From the IMG/VR virus record IMGVR_UViG_3300015201_000005, positions 1 through 37,209 of that record: a DNA stretch of 37,209 nt; one strand, given 5' to 3'. This stretch comes from a virus. Its lineage: Duplodnaviria; Caudoviricetes. Positions 9,087 through 19,910 of this stretch are shown here, in pieces; position 1 is the stretch's first letter; every line of letters starts with the position of its first letter. The translations under genes were made by a program, and so were the position numbers. The notes under the pieces are model-generated. The model saw only the letters and a program-made list of their open reading frames with translations. It made no database searches and was not told the origin of the DNA.

Positions 9087-9655
9087 TGGAGGGTGGGGGA
9101 GAAATCCCCCACTTTTTTATGGAAACTGTTGAAGCATTAAATCAGAGATTAAAAGACTATTACGGGATCGATACCGTAACGACAGATCCCATCTTTCGCA
9201 TAGTGTGGGCTGATGACCAGGTAGAGAAACGACTTGTAGAATATTTAGACACTGGTATTGCATTACTTTTCCCGGAAGTAAGGGAAGTAAAGAAATACCC
9301 GTATCTGAAGGGTCTATATGTTTTGGAACGGCTGGTCGTTGTTCCGGAAATCAATCAGAAAGATCTACCCGCGTCTAAGATATCGTACGAACCACTGTGG
9401 GCTTATCGTGACGCACGCGATAATCCGCTTCCTCCTATCTGGGAGGCCACAAAGTTCGTTATCGACGCCCTCTACGCTGTACTTGGCAAAAAGAGCCTTG
9501 TCAAGTACGTCGATACCGAGGGAACTGAAGAAGCTAGGCAGATGAGGGTAGAGAAGTTACAAGAGGAACTGTTCGGTAATGAAACGAACACAGGTGATGC
9601 GTTAGCTCACAATCAGGCGGTAATTGTGCCGCGTAACTACGAGAAGGCGAACTAA
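9086..9655 (+). CDS. Hypothetical protein (start 9086 or 9119)
   Basis: Open frame filling the gap; ATG9086 overlaps the upstream TAA and ATG9119 follows the U-tract. Confidence 0.75.
   Translation: MEGGGEIPHFFMETVEALNQRLKDYYGIDTVTTDPIFRIVWADDQVEKRLVEYLDTGIALLFPEVREVKKYPYLKGLYVLERLVVVPEINQKDLPASKISYEPLWAYRDARDNPLPPIWEATKFVIDALYAVLGKKSLVKYVDTEGTEEARQMRVEKLQEELFGNETNTGDALAHNQAVIVPRNYEKAN
9092..9118 (+). terminator. Rho-independent terminator
   Basis: GTGGGGGA-GAAA-TCCCCCAC followed by TTTTTT. Confidence 0.88.
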
Positions 9656-9656
9656 C

Positions 9657-10352
9657 ATGAGTATGGTAGGCGAATTCCCAGGAATGCAGCAGACTAATCG
9701 GCGTACCATTCGTGCGCCAATCAACCCGATGGATCGGTCTACTGTCGTATCGATTTTACCAAAGCGCATCATTGAACGGAAAGCTACTCTACAGCCATCT
9801 ACATTCGAGTTATCACCTGGAACTTTTGAGAATCCTAGTGTGCTGGTAATCGGTCCTTCTAGTTGGTGGAGAGAAGTAGACGAAAATCAGCCATTACTCG
9901 AAATTCCTGTATCCTCGGTTCAGATTGCGGATGCGATCGTACGCGACTACTGCAATGGACTGTTGGCGTGTAACATGGCAGACCAAATGCCGGGTATCTT
10001 CTACTTGCCCGGTGAATATACAGTAGAGAAAGTCAAGAAGGAACAGCCACTTCTATTGCAGAAGGCATTAGCAAACCAGAAGAAGTGGTTCATGGAGCTT
10101 ATTCGTATCGCTGACATTCTGTGGAGCCGATCGAACGGCAATCCATTGAGTATTAGTGACGATTCGCGCCTGGCATGTAGAGAACTGAACATTCAGAATA
10201 AGCCGTGGTTAGGTGACATTCAGGCTGCTGAATTGGTTCGTTGCATTGCATGTGGCTCGCTGCGTAATCCTGCATTCCCAATCTGCCAGACGTGTAAGGC
10301 TGTTGTAGATCCCGTACGCGCGAAAGAACTCAATCTCTCATTCGCACAATAG
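9657..10352 (+). CDS. Hypothetical protein with C-terminal zinc ribbon
   Basis: ATG one base after the upstream stop; CIAC...CQTC at the C-terminus. Confidence 0.78.
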   Translation: MSMVGEFPGMQQTNRRTIRAPINPMDRSTVVSILPKRIIERKATLQPSTFELSPGTFENPSVLVIGPSSWWREVDENQPLLEIPVSSVQIADAIVRDYCNGLLACNMADQMPGIFYLPGEYTVEKVKKEQPLLLQKALANQKKWFMELIRIADILWSRSNGNPLSISDDSRLACRELNIQNKPWLGDIQAAELVRCIACGSLRNPAFPICQTCKAVVDPVRAKELNLSFAQ

Positions 10353-10360
10353 GAGGTAGA

Positions 10361-10624
10361 ATGCCCACACCACATACGGTAGTCATTACAACTGCTAAGA
10401 CGGGACCGGATCGAACGGTCGCTGGAGTAACTCTCACGAATGTCATTGGGGTTGAACTTGATCTTGTTGGTAAGAGGCTGTTCGTGACAGTCGATAATGT
10501 AATGACTGCGAATCCTCCTACGGCTGGTGCAGCAGGCGATAACATCAAGGAATTCGATTTGTCCATTACCACTGCCGTTACGGTTGCGATTGTAGCGGGT
10601 GTGTACACTGTAACCATCGCGTAG
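10361..10624 (+). CDS. Small beta-rich protein, probably virion
   Basis: AGGAGG SD; T/V-rich 87 aa. Confidence 0.7.
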   Translation: MPTPHTVVITTAKTGPDRTVAGVTLTNVIGVELDLVGKRLFVTVDNVMTANPPTAGAAGDNIKEFDLSITTAVTVAIVAGVYTVTIA

Positions 10625-10631
10625 GTGTGAG

Positions 10632-11333
10632 ATGAGCACTACTAACCTGACAGCCGGTGAAGTAATGGATCGTAGTGCTGCACTCATGAACGATCCTCAG
10701 AAAACAGATTACACCTACGCTGCCCAACTACCTTACCTGAACATGGCGATTGATGAGTTGGTGGAGAATTTAGAGGAATCTAATTCTTCACCAACCAACA
10801 TGACTTCTCCACCTATAGTAGTTCCAGTCGGTTCATATAAGATCACTCCACCTGAACACGTCGATTTACCCCACTATCCATCCGATTTGGTGGAAGTACA
10901 GGGCATAGGTGAGCGTGCGTCAGGTAGTGGAGATCCATTCATTCCATTAGCCCGACGTGATTTCCTTCAGGCATTCCCAATCAGCCAATCCCTCATATTC
11001 TGGCATTGGGAAGATCAGATCATCAAATTCAATCCTAGTGGTGCATTGGGTCCGCGAGAAATTCAGATCCAATATGTTCGAGGTGCATTAAGTTTAGCTA
11101 CGAGTGAATTCACTGTAATTGGATTGATTAATGCGCGCTCTTACTTGAGTTACAAGACAGCCGCTCTGTGCTCGTTCTACATTGGAGAGAATCCATCTAG
11201 AGCAGAGGGGCTAAACGATCAGGCAGAAAATGCATTAGAACGACTAAACGGAATTAACAACAAGGGTAGACAGCAAATCATGACACGGCATCGTCCTTTC
11301 AGGGCGGCGTATAAGGCTCGGGGAGGATTTTAA
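10632..11333 (+). CDS. Head-tail adaptor (tail tubular protein A-like)
   Basis: MSTTNLTAGEVMDRSAALMND...YLNMAIDEL helical start, beta middle, helical end; directly precedes the nozzle-like gene. Confidence 0.72.
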   Translation: MSTTNLTAGEVMDRSAALMNDPQKTDYTYAAQLPYLNMAIDELVENLEESNSSPTNMTSPPIVVPVGSYKITPPEHVDLPHYPSDLVEVQGIGERASGSGDPFIPLARRDFLQAFPISQSLIFWHWEDQIIKFNPSGALGPREIQIQYVRGALSLATSEFTVIGLINARSYLSYKTAALCSFYIGENPSRAEGLNDQAENALERLNGINNKGRQQIMTRHRPFRAAYKARGGF

Positions 11334-12901
11334 TGCCTGGGTTACGTGACCATGATCCAATCATCATTGAAGACTTTAATGGTTGGTGGTCTAGAGGTGA
11401 TCCAGAAAGTGCGCCATCTGATCACTTTATCGTGGCGGATAATGTTCAATACCCTCACTCGGGAGTAGAGACAAGAGATCCCCTCGATAAGTATCAGGAT
11501 CAGTCAGTTTCAATCGGTAAAGTTCTTCGGTTCTATGACTATGTGATGCAGACTGGTCAATCCCTCATCGTGCTAGTCGAGGGAGGGAAGATCTATCATT
11601 GCATCGGGGCTAGTGTAGTCCATGGACCGATTCTAACTATTCCTGAAATGACGGATTTCGGGTTCGTCGCATACAATGGGCGCGCTTACATCACTCCATT
11701 CAAGACATACGTTAACCCCCAAGGAAAGAATTATGAACTGGGGATCAAGAATCAATTCCTCTACGTTTACAAGGGGGATGGAACGCCTGCTCGTAAAGCT
11801 GCTGGCCCTCCTCCTACTGGTGGCGCACTTGTTGTTGCTCATGATGCTAGTGGGCTGACAGACATTGGATTACATCTCATCGCAGTAGTTTACGAGACGG
11901 ATACGGGCTATCTGACTGCTCTTGGACCTGAAGTATTTGGTAAATTGGAATTCGATGGGGAACATAAGATTCGGGTAAGTAACATTCCAATAGGTCCGGC
12001 GTATGTTAAGAAGCGTCACTTGGTTTCGAGTAAGGCTATTCCGGGGACTTACAATGGTGATCAGAAAGGATACCAACTCTTTTTCATCCCTAAAGGAAAA
12101 ATCGATAACAATACAGCTACAGACCATGTGGTAGAGTATTTCGATGCGGATCTACTATCAGACGCATCCCATTTAGTCGATAATTTCACTGAAATCCCAT
12201 CAGGTGTTTCCCTCAACACTTACCATAGCAGGCTTGTATTGGTAGGCGAATTCGGTACAGATGAGACACTGAAGGACTTACCTACTGGTGTGACGGATAA
12301 CCGCTCTCTTGCGCGTGTATCATTCCCCGGAGAGCCGGAAGCTATCAGTAAAGTCGATGGGCTTATAATCGCACCATTAGACGGCAATGCACTGACGAAT
12401 TGTCAAGAGTTTCGAGACGTTCTTTACTTATTCAAAATGACGAGGACACTTGGATACTCAGACAACAATGATAGACCTGCTACCTGGTCTGAAGAAATTG
12501 TCGATCAGGGTGTGGGCGCGCCTGTTCATGGAATTGGCGCGGTATTGGATTCGGGCGGCGTAAATATAGACTATCTTCTCATCGCTGATTGGTCAGGTTT
12601 CATGCTGTTCAATGGAACCTACGCACGTCCAGAATTGAGTTGGAAGATCGAGAACTTTTGGATGTCATTGGCACGTAATGATTTCCGATACGTCCAAATA
12701 GCCAACGATTCCTTGAGTAAGAAGGTGTGGATTACCCTTCCTCCACCCTATCAGCACATGATGTTACATGCTGATTATGGGAATGGAATCGATGCTAAGA
12801 ACATTCGATGGGCTCGATGGTCATTCGATGTGAAACTTTCCACGATAGCTATGATTGACACTAACAAGTTAGTTATGGGCGCGATTGCGAGTCTAACGTA
12901 A
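11333..12901 (+). CDS. Tail nozzle (tubular protein B / P22 gp10-like), N-terminal beta-propeller part
   Basis: DFNGWWS..ADNVQY..GVETR start, YHSRLVL, RVSFPGEPE, IVDQGVGA, FNGTY..ELSWKI and WARWSF blade-like motifs; TAATG coupling. Confidence 0.75.
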   Translation: MPGLRDHDPIIIEDFNGWWSRGDPESAPSDHFIVADNVQYPHSGVETRDPLDKYQDQSVSIGKVLRFYDYVMQTGQSLIVLVEGGKIYHCIGASVVHGPILTIPEMTDFGFVAYNGRAYITPFKTYVNPQGKNYELGIKNQFLYVYKGDGTPARKAAGPPPTGGALVVAHDASGLTDIGLHLIAVVYETDTGYLTALGPEVFGKLEFDGEHKIRVSNIPIGPAYVKKRHLVSSKAIPGTYNGDQKGYQLFFIPKGKIDNNTATDHVVEYFDADLLSDASHLVDNFTEIPSGVSLNTYHSRLVLVGEFGTDETLKDLPTGVTDNRSLARVSFPGEPEAISKVDGLIIAPLDGNALTNCQEFRDVLYLFKMTRTLGYSDNNDRPATWSEEIVDQGVGAPVHGIGAVLDSGGVNIDYLLIADWSGFMLFNGTYARPELSWKIENFWMSLARNDFRYVQIANDSLSKKVWITLPPPYQHMMLHADYGNGIDAKNIRWARWSFDVKLSTIAMIDTNKLVMGAIASLT

Positions 12902-15180
12902 TGGCAACCAAACTCTATTTCATTCAAGATCTTCCAAACTATACTCCTCCTGCTTGGTTTGGGGGATGGGATCAACCTGGCAATGCGATTGGATTAGATG
13001 GTGATCCGGGTCCACTCCAATCACTAGATCCGGATAAATATGGAATTAAAAATGGTAGTATGCTTAGTGATGGTGTAATATCAACTACTCCATTCACTAG
13101 AGGAATTGTACAACATGTAAGTCGTCCCTTGCTTCCACAGACTATTAGTGGGACGGTTAATTCTATTTATGCACCTCGTGCAAGTAATGCTTCTCATGAT
13201 TTGTATACTAGACTTCATATCTATGTAATAAACTGCACCACCAATGCAGTTCATGGCATTTTATTAGATAAATATGAAGAGAGTGCAGTCGAATGGGCAA
13301 CTGCTAGTGTTCCCGTAGGTAGAGCACTTCAGGCTATCCAACCAATTAATACAGTAACCATTCCATCCGATGGGGTGAAGTATCGAATTGTAGCTGAATG
13401 GGGCTATAAATCCCTTGCAACTGCTGGAACGAATGTAAAGGGATATGTTGAAATTGGTGCGCGAAAAGGTTATGCAGACATACTGATGCCTGACATGACT
13501 GTGGGTTCACTATCTAATGCAACAGGAGCATGGTTAGAGTTCTCAGCGGATCTAACGTTTGAGGCGCATCCAATACCGAATATCGGTCCAGAAACCGCTG
13601 TTGAAATTACAACACTTCCATTCACTGTAACAATCGATCCACTAAAGAAGGGTGGAACATGGGGTGTAGATTATCTTAACGGTGGGGGTTATTGGTATAA
13701 ATTAACTTCACCAGTTAGTAAATTAATTGGAATAACTTGTTTCAATACAGATCCGTTAGATGCTAACTTTGTCCATTATTATGAAAAAACTGCTACTCCT
13801 GGTCCACCATTACAACAATCAATATTAAGTTTGCAGAATCTCACGGCTAAACGAATACATTATCGATCTGTAACAGTAGGGGATCGTGAATATATTTGTA
13901 TATTCATGAATTCTTACTCTCCAGGAAATACCCTAACTCTTAGAATTGAAGAAGCTCCTACTAGTGAAGTTAAGAAAGGAGATCTATTCATTTCTACTGA
14001 TGATGTTGGATATAATGAATATGACCAGTCAATGACTGGATATTATGGCGGAGTATGGTATAATCCTAATAATGATACGGTGAGAAATGTTAGTAATAGA
14101 TTTCCCGCTAGTGAATTGGGTGCTGCTCTAGCTAATGGAAGATGGGCATTAGCTGGTAGAACTTATGCACCCTACATGAGAACTTTATACATCTATGAAA
14201 AACCTCCTACCATGATTGAAATTGGTAGAGTAGTCATGGATGGAGATGCTTCTGGCGGACCCGGAACATTCACTGGTAGAGCAATTGTAAGTCTTGGAAC
14301 CGATTTTAATAATTTCTATGTTGCACTTGCAGAAACTAAATCTAGTACTCTTCCTATTGTAGTCTATAAAGTTACAGAAGGCGCAGTCATAGATACTATT
14401 AATAGCTGGTCACTTCCTGTAGCTCCCGTAGGTATCATTCAGGGTGGTAGTTTAGCCTCGATGGGAATTTCTAGAGATGCTACTATAATATACTATGGAC
14501 GTACAGTTGCTGGAGGAGAGGTAAAAAGACATAATCTAACTACCAACACTCCAATGTCCGATCTTGCTCCATCATTAGGTGCTGGATACTGGCCCGGAGA
14601 TATTATTGTACTTAAAGATAATACGATTGTTGTGGTATGGAATGAAAATGATGTATCTTCAAAAGTTATTCATTATTCTGCTAGTGGAACTGTACTTCGT
14701 ACCTTAGATTATGGAGCAACTTACTTCAGGATTCATCATATAGTACATAGAGATATTGATGACTCTGATAAGATCTGGATTTGGGGTCAAAAGACAGTCG
14801 AAGTGTTGAACGATGGTTCAAAAGTTGGTGGGGGTGACATTCTTCTTACTAACTTAAAAACAGGATTAGTAGAAAAAACTTTATTTCATCATTATACTGG
14901 TCATGACACTGGTGGGGTAGGAGTTGGACCTCTTGTAAATACAACAGAGAAATGGATTCCACCTAGTTCATGTCCATTGATGATTATGACTGGTGGAGCT
15001 ATTGATGATGGAAGTGGTGGTGGAGGTGGAACAGACCCCGGACCTAGCCCCGGACCCGCTGCACCAGATGGCATCTATTTCATTAATCCAACTAAGGCAA
15101 CTAAACATGATAGTTACTACACAGCAATAGAGAAGAAAATCCCCAATCCCACCATTAAGACGGCGTTATTAGGAGAGTAA
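12901..15180 (+). CDS. Multidomain receptor-binding/tail appendage protein (beta-sandwiches, putative beta-propeller, Gly/Pro linker, short C-terminal peptide)
   Basis: 759 aa, beta-rich, AT-rich codons; GSGGGGGTDPGPSPGPAAP linker near the end. Confidence 0.6.
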   Translation: MATKLYFIQDLPNYTPPAWFGGWDQPGNAIGLDGDPGPLQSLDPDKYGIKNGSMLSDGVISTTPFTRGIVQHVSRPLLPQTISGTVNSIYAPRASNASHDLYTRLHIYVINCTTNAVHGILLDKYEESAVEWATASVPVGRALQAIQPINTVTIPSDGVKYRIVAEWGYKSLATAGTNVKGYVEIGARKGYADILMPDMTVGSLSNATGAWLEFSADLTFEAHPIPNIGPETAVEITTLPFTVTIDPLKKGGTWGVDYLNGGGYWYKLTSPVSKLIGITCFNTDPLDANFVHYYEKTATPGPPLQQSILSLQNLTAKRIHYRSVTVGDREYICIFMNSYSPGNTLTLRIEEAPTSEVKKGDLFISTDDVGYNEYDQSMTGYYGGVWYNPNNDTVRNVSNRFPASELGAALANGRWALAGRTYAPYMRTLYIYEKPPTMIEIGRVVMDGDASGGPGTFTGRAIVSLGTDFNNFYVALAETKSSTLPIVVYKVTEGAVIDTINSWSLPVAPVGIIQGGSLASMGISRDATIIYYGRTVAGGEVKRHNLTTNTPMSDLAPSLGAGYWPGDIIVLKDNTIVVVWNENDVSSKVIHYSASGTVLRTLDYGATYFRIHHIVHRDIDDSDKIWIWGQKTVEVLNDGSKVGGGDILLTNLKTGLVEKTLFHHYTGHDTGGVGVGPLVNTTEKWIPPSSCPLMIMTGGAIDDGSGGGGGTDPGPSPGPAAPDGIYFINPTKATKHDSYYTAIEKKIPNPTIKTALLGE

Positions 15181-15181
15181 G

Positions 15182-15493
15182 ATGCCAAAGGGAGCGGCAC
15201 TCAGTGAAGGTAGTTCGGGTGAAAGCATCAGCCATTACGCGGCTATACGTATGCGCGTAACTGGTGTGGGAAGTCTTAAAATGAAGGTCTATTCACTCGA
15301 TGATGTGAGGAGTAAGACATTAGTTCCATTCGCTCTGGCTACCGCTGCTCGAATCATTCCCACGCGGTTGGTGAATTTCACTGAACAACGCGCATCATTC
15401 GAGATGAAGACTACTGAAATTGACGAGAGGTTCAGAATTAACCGAATTGTGATCTTTACTAGGGAAGTCTTTACCTCTTATCCTGGTTCGTAG
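15182..15493 (+). CDS. Small beta-sandwich protein resembling the C-terminal domain of nozzle proteins
   Basis: AGGAG SD; HYAAIRMRVTGVGSLKM...QRASFEMKT...FRINRIVIF pattern. Confidence 0.62.
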   Translation: MPKGAALSEGSSGESISHYAAIRMRVTGVGSLKMKVYSLDDVRSKTLVPFALATAARIIPTRLVNFTEQRASFEMKTTEIDERFRINRIVIFTREVFTSYPGS

Positions 15494-15495
15494 TC

Positions 15496-15924
15496 ATGCC
15501 CTACTATCCGCCAAAGAAACACCCTAGATTCGCGGATCTGAAGGGTATTCTTGCCCAGACGAAACAGTCAGAGAATCCACTCTATCAGACTATTCAGGTA
15601 TTAATTGAACGATTAGAGCAATCCACACAATTAACCGAAGATCAGATCAGTGCATTAGATCCATCGAATCCATTAGCTAATGTAGCCATCAAAACAGCTA
15701 CTTACCACACTAAAAACAATGAAGTAGCGGCATTACCGAATTCAGTTCAGTTACTCGCAGGGCTGGGTATCGAATTCGATGATACGCTTCCAAATAAGAG
15801 AACCATCAAACTATCCAGTGGCGGCAACCACTACGACGCTCCATTAACTGATGGTCATTTAACCGAAACTGAGCTAATCTTTGCATTAGGTGAGTGCATT
15901 ATCGTTCAGGTGCCGATACCATGA
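15496..15924 (+). CDS. Tail fibre proximal/adaptor protein
   Basis: N-terminal helix, then an LPNSVQLLAGLGIEFDD fibre-like motif; first gene of the fibre cluster. Confidence 0.55.
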   Translation: MPYYPPKKHPRFADLKGILAQTKQSENPLYQTIQVLIERLEQSTQLTEDQISALDPSNPLANVAIKTATYHTKNNEVAALPNSVQLLAGLGIEFDDTLPNKRTIKLSSGGNHYDAPLTDGHLTETELIFALGECIIVQVPIP

Positions 15925-16469
15925 GCTTAGGCCCACAGAGTTATCGTCGAACTGATAGTCTTCACCGAATCGGCTTGGTAGCTGATAAACCTCTTGCCAG
16001 TGATGTATTGCCTGGCACATTATATCACTCTTCGGATGTAGGTACTACCGAGAGAAGTAATGGAACTGAATGGGTGTCCTACTTCAATGCAGGACTATCT
16101 TCCTCGGTTTTCTTTTATCGGATTGATACGACTACTACTAATCCAAGTGATCCAGGATCAGGTAAACTTCGATATAATAATGTAAACCAACATCTGGCTA
16201 CTACATTAATTGTCGATTGGCTAACAGATGATGGCTTCGATGCTCATCTTTTATTCCTATTATTTGCACCCACTACTCGATTTCTAATGCAGGATAAGGC
16301 ACTTGCTAATAGTTATCAAATCTGGGAAATAACAGCCCCTGCTACCAATCTAGCTGATTTCTTCACTGTACCTGTTTCATTTGTATCATCTGGTGGACCT
16401 GGAGTTTTTAGCCATAATCAGCGTGTTGCCGTAATTATTCTTCCTCCTGCCGCATCGGGGATTATCTAA
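15921..16469 (+). CDS. Short tail fibre protein
   Basis: ATGA overlap at 15921; N-terminal module paralogous to the next gene; [11 protein letters not shown] motif. Confidence 0.62.
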   Translation: MSLGPQSYRRTDSLHRIGLVADKPLASDVLPGTLYHSSDVGTTERSNGTEWVSYFNAGLSSSVFFYRIDTTTTNPSDPGSGKLRYNNVNQHLATTLIVDWLTDDGFDAHLLFLLFAPTTRFLMQDKALANSYQIWEITAPATNLADFFTVPVSFVSSGGPGVFSHNQRVAVIILPPAASGII

Positions 16470-18058
16470 TGGCTAGTCGCTTACAGGACGTAATTCAGCG
16501 CGGTCTTTCGTCGGCTAAACCATTAGCTACGGCGGTAGCACCTGGAACACTCTACTACAGCAGTGATACGCTCCTAACCGAACGGTCTAACGGCACGATA
16601 TGGGAGTCATTCAATGATGGGGGCGGAGGTGGGGGTGGAGGTAATACAAGTGGTACCTTCCTAGTTAGCGGGGGTATCATAACTTGGCTTGTAAACTATG
16701 ATTTCAAGGTATCGGCAGCCACCTATTTCATTCAAAACGTTCAATACAATAGTCCAGAAACCATCATTACGTTAGATGCTGCGAATCCCACGAATCCGCG
16801 TATTGATGCGATTGCTGTTAATAATCTTAGCACAGTTATCAAAGTAACGGGTACGCCCGCACTCAATCCATCAGAACCAGACATCGATCCAGCTACTCAA
16901 CTCAAGCTCGGAATCATTCTAGTTCAGGCTGCATCAACTGCTCCAGTCATTACCACGGAAGTCCTCTATGCAGAGGGTGTGGGAGGACCGGGAGAATGGA
17001 ATTGGACTACATCAGGAGCTGGATGGAATACCACTTCATCAATCAATCCGAAGCCGCCATCCACTAGAGACATTGAAGCTACTGCCGTCGCTGCGGGGGC
17101 GTATGTACAGGGACAGAGAGCAACGGGAACAATCAATCCATATACATTCAACAATCTAATCATTTACATTCGATCTAAAGCTACGTGGTCTAACGGACGC
17201 GGACTAACTGTCACTCTCCGAAGTGCTGGCGTCCAGATAGGTAATCCAGTAACGATCAATAGGACGGGAACATTTGGATTCGATTCAGCGATTGTAGCCG
17301 ATTATCAATTAGTTGCGATTCCAGTCACTACATTCGCTATCCCATCAGGTAGTCTAATCGATCAGATTCGTATCGCCGTGTTTGGTGGCGGTCAGGGCTT
17401 CTATTTAGATGCTATTGAATTTCAGGGAGGTAATATCTCTCAGCCCGGATCTGGCATCACTGAGGCTCAGGGTGATGCGCGCTACGCTCAAAGGGCTAAC
17501 AATCTATCAGATTTAGACTCGGCATCAACAGCACGAACGAACCTCGGATTAGGCGCACTCGCTACGTTGAGTACAGTCGGTCCAGCAGAACTAGCTAACA
17601 CGACTGTCACTCCGGGCGCGTACACTAATACTGACCTAACAGTCGATGCAGATGGTCGAATTACAGCGGCAGCTAACGGATCTGGTGGTGCAGTACCTAC
17701 TAGAATCGCATCGATTACGATGGTTATCGATGGTGGCGCATCAGTTATTACCACGGGATTGAAGGGATTTCTTGAGGTACCGTTCGCGTGTACTATTCAA
17801 GCAGTCACTCTCCTAGCTGATGTATCAGGTTCAATTGTAATCGATATCTGGAAGGACATATATGCTAATTACCCTCCTGTTGTTGGAGACTCTATCACAG
17901 CAGCAGCGAAGCCGACTATCTCTGGGGCCGTTAAGTCACAAAATCTGACATTAACTGGATGGAATACTGCTATCGTAGCAGGTGATATTCTTGGATTTAA
18001 CGTCGATTCCGTGGCTACCATCAAGAAGGTCACGTTGAGTCTGAAGGTGCAGATATGA
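16469..18058 (+). CDS. Tail fibre protein with carbohydrate-binding-like domain
   Basis: Poly-Gly hinge, NPRIDAI..GTPALNP domain, CBM-like [15 protein letters not shown], fibre motifs NNLSDL..ARTNLGL and [11 protein letters not shown]. Confidence 0.75.
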   Translation: MASRLQDVIQRGLSSAKPLATAVAPGTLYYSSDTLLTERSNGTIWESFNDGGGGGGGGNTSGTFLVSGGIITWLVNYDFKVSAATYFIQNVQYNSPETIITLDAANPTNPRIDAIAVNNLSTVIKVTGTPALNPSEPDIDPATQLKLGIILVQAASTAPVITTEVLYAEGVGGPGEWNWTTSGAGWNTTSSINPKPPSTRDIEATAVAAGAYVQGQRATGTINPYTFNNLIIYIRSKATWSNGRGLTVTLRSAGVQIGNPVTINRTGTFGFDSAIVADYQLVAIPVTTFAIPSGSLIDQIRIAVFGGGQGFYLDAIEFQGGNISQPGSGITEAQGDARYAQRANNLSDLDSASTARTNLGLGALATLSTVGPAELANTTVTPGAYTNTDLTVDADGRITAAANGSGGAVPTRIASITMVIDGGASVITTGLKGFLEVPFACTIQAVTLLADVSGSIVIDIWKDIYANYPPVVGDSITAAAKPTISGAVKSQNLTLTGWNTAIVAGDILGFNVDSVATIKKVTLSLKVQI

Positions 18059-19083
18059 GTCTCCTTTTCATGGATTCGTTTGATCACTATACTGGTGATC
18101 CAGGTATTAGTGGTGTAGGTAAATGGGGAGGAGGAAGTGGTGCAACATCAACTAGTGTAAGTCAATTCCGGACAGGAACTTCTTCATTAAGAGTAGGAAT
18201 TGGCACAACTATAACTAAACCAGTTCCAGCCAGCGGAGGATGTGTTGTTGGATTTGCAATGTTTGGAGCAATAGCATTCACTGCTTCAAATGATATTGTA
18301 CAAGTTATGGAGGGCTCGGTAGTTCATGTAGCCCTTGCAATGACTACAGGCGGATTAATTACTCTTAAACGTGGTGCTACTATTATAGCTACGGGAACCA
18401 CTGTATTAGCTTTAAATAGTTGGAATTATATTGAATTAAAGACTGTTATTCATGATACTATCGGTACCTATGAAGTAAGGATTAATGGAGTAGTTGAGGC
18501 TGCACTAACAGCAACTGGTGCAGATACTCGAAATGTAGGAACTACAGGACAATGGGATCGTGTTAGTATAGGGGCCGGAACTGCAGCTAATAATACTTAT
18601 ATAGATGATTTCTATCTATGTGATACGTCAGGATCAATCCGAAATGATTTTCTTGGAATGGTTAAAGTTGAGTGTTTACTTCCACAAACCGATGCCGCCG
18701 CAGTTGGATCAAATCAAGGATTGACTCCATCTACTGGAACAGACCACGGCGCATTAGTTGATGAAAATCCACCTAATACGACGGATTACAATGGATCGGC
18801 TACAGTTGGAGTATTAGACACATACAACTATCCTAACATGACTCTGAGTGGATCAGTGCTGGGAGTCCAAACCAATCTATATGCAGCTAAATCAGATGCG
18901 GGGGCACGAACGATTGCTAGAGTCATTCGGCCTAGTATTGCTGATTATCCTGGAACTGCTGTGTCTCCTGGTACTACATTTAGTTATCATTCAGAGATTC
19001 GAGAAACCAATCCAGACACATTAGGGGACTGGACTGTAGCTGCTATTAATGCAACTCAATTTGGGATGAAAGTGATTTCCTAG
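18055..19083 (+). CDS. LamG/concanavalin-like plus jelly-roll tail-associated protein
   Basis: [24 protein letters not shown] lectin-fold pattern; second domain ends [18 protein letters not shown]. Confidence 0.65.
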   Translation: MSLLFMDSFDHYTGDPGISGVGKWGGGSGATSTSVSQFRTGTSSLRVGIGTTITKPVPASGGCVVGFAMFGAIAFTASNDIVQVMEGSVVHVALAMTTGGLITLKRGATIIATGTTVLALNSWNYIELKTVIHDTIGTYEVRINGVVEAALTATGADTRNVGTTGQWDRVSIGAGTAANNTYIDDFYLCDTSGSIRNDFLGMVKVECLLPQTDAAAVGSNQGLTPSTGTDHGALVDENPPNTTDYNGSATVGVLDTYNYPNMTLSGSVLGVQTNLYAAKSDAGARTIARVIRPSIADYPGTAVSPGTTFSYHSEIRETNPDTLGDWTVAAINATQFGMKVIS

Positions 19084-19910
19084 TGGCTATCACTACCCTA
19101 ATTGACCGTCAGTATACGGCACCCGCTGGTGCTGATGCGGTGACTGTTACACCCGCGGCAGTGGCGTGGACTAATTCGGCTTATGTGGAAGTATTAGCAT
19201 CGACCCCAGCTGCGTGCGTATTAACAGGAGTTACTTTTTATTCTATACATGGTTTTACTGAATCTACTGCTTATGATGGAGAGATAGACGTAGCTACTGG
19301 AGCAGCATCATCTGAAGTTGTCATTGCTACAGTAAGATTTTATAGTAGATTAGTATTTACTAGTGGACAGATAGGTCCAATACTTACATACGTATTTCCA
19401 ATTCCAATCGATAATATTGGATCTGGGGTACGATTATCAGTACGATTACGTAAAAATAATACTAATTTAACTGTATGGAACATGTCGATTAATTACTTAC
19501 AGAAACCACTTACATCAACAATTTTAACCACTGCAAAACCTCAATTAGTCATTCCTCCCGCTACTGTTGGAGTTACAGTTACTGCTGGAGGGCTTGCATG
19601 GGGAAATGGATTATGGGTACAACTTCGTGCTGCTACTGGGAATGCTCTAGTAATTACAGGTGTTGTATTTGGTGCTCTTTCTGCTAATGCGGATTTTGAA
19701 ATAGATTTAGGCACCGGAGGTTCAGGTAGTGAGACGGTAATTACTACACTTAGAATAGCCGCTCTCAATCAAGGGAATCCGCAGCATCAACCGTTACCAC
19801 ATCCCCTTGATAATGTAACTGCTAGTACTCGAATAGCAGTAAGAATGAGATGTTCGACGGCTAGTAATACAGCAATTATTAGTTTAATGGTAATTGAGAA
19901 ACCATTATGA
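19083..19910 (+). CDS. Tail-associated protein with two internal ~135-aa repeats
   Basis: GTG start overlapping TAG; repeated AWxN..VxL..T..EIDxxTG..SExVI..P.P....R..VRxR. Confidence 0.68.
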   Translation: MAITTLIDRQYTAPAGADAVTVTPAAVAWTNSAYVEVLASTPAACVLTGVTFYSIHGFTESTAYDGEIDVATGAASSEVVIATVRFYSRLVFTSGQIGPILTYVFPIPIDNIGSGVRLSVRLRKNNTNLTVWNMSINYLQKPLTSTILTTAKPQLVIPPATVGVTVTAGGLAWGNGLWVQLRAATGNALVITGVVFGALSANADFEIDLGTGGSGSETVITTLRIAALNQGNPQHQPLPHPLDNVTASTRIAVRMRCSTASNTAIISLMVIEKPL

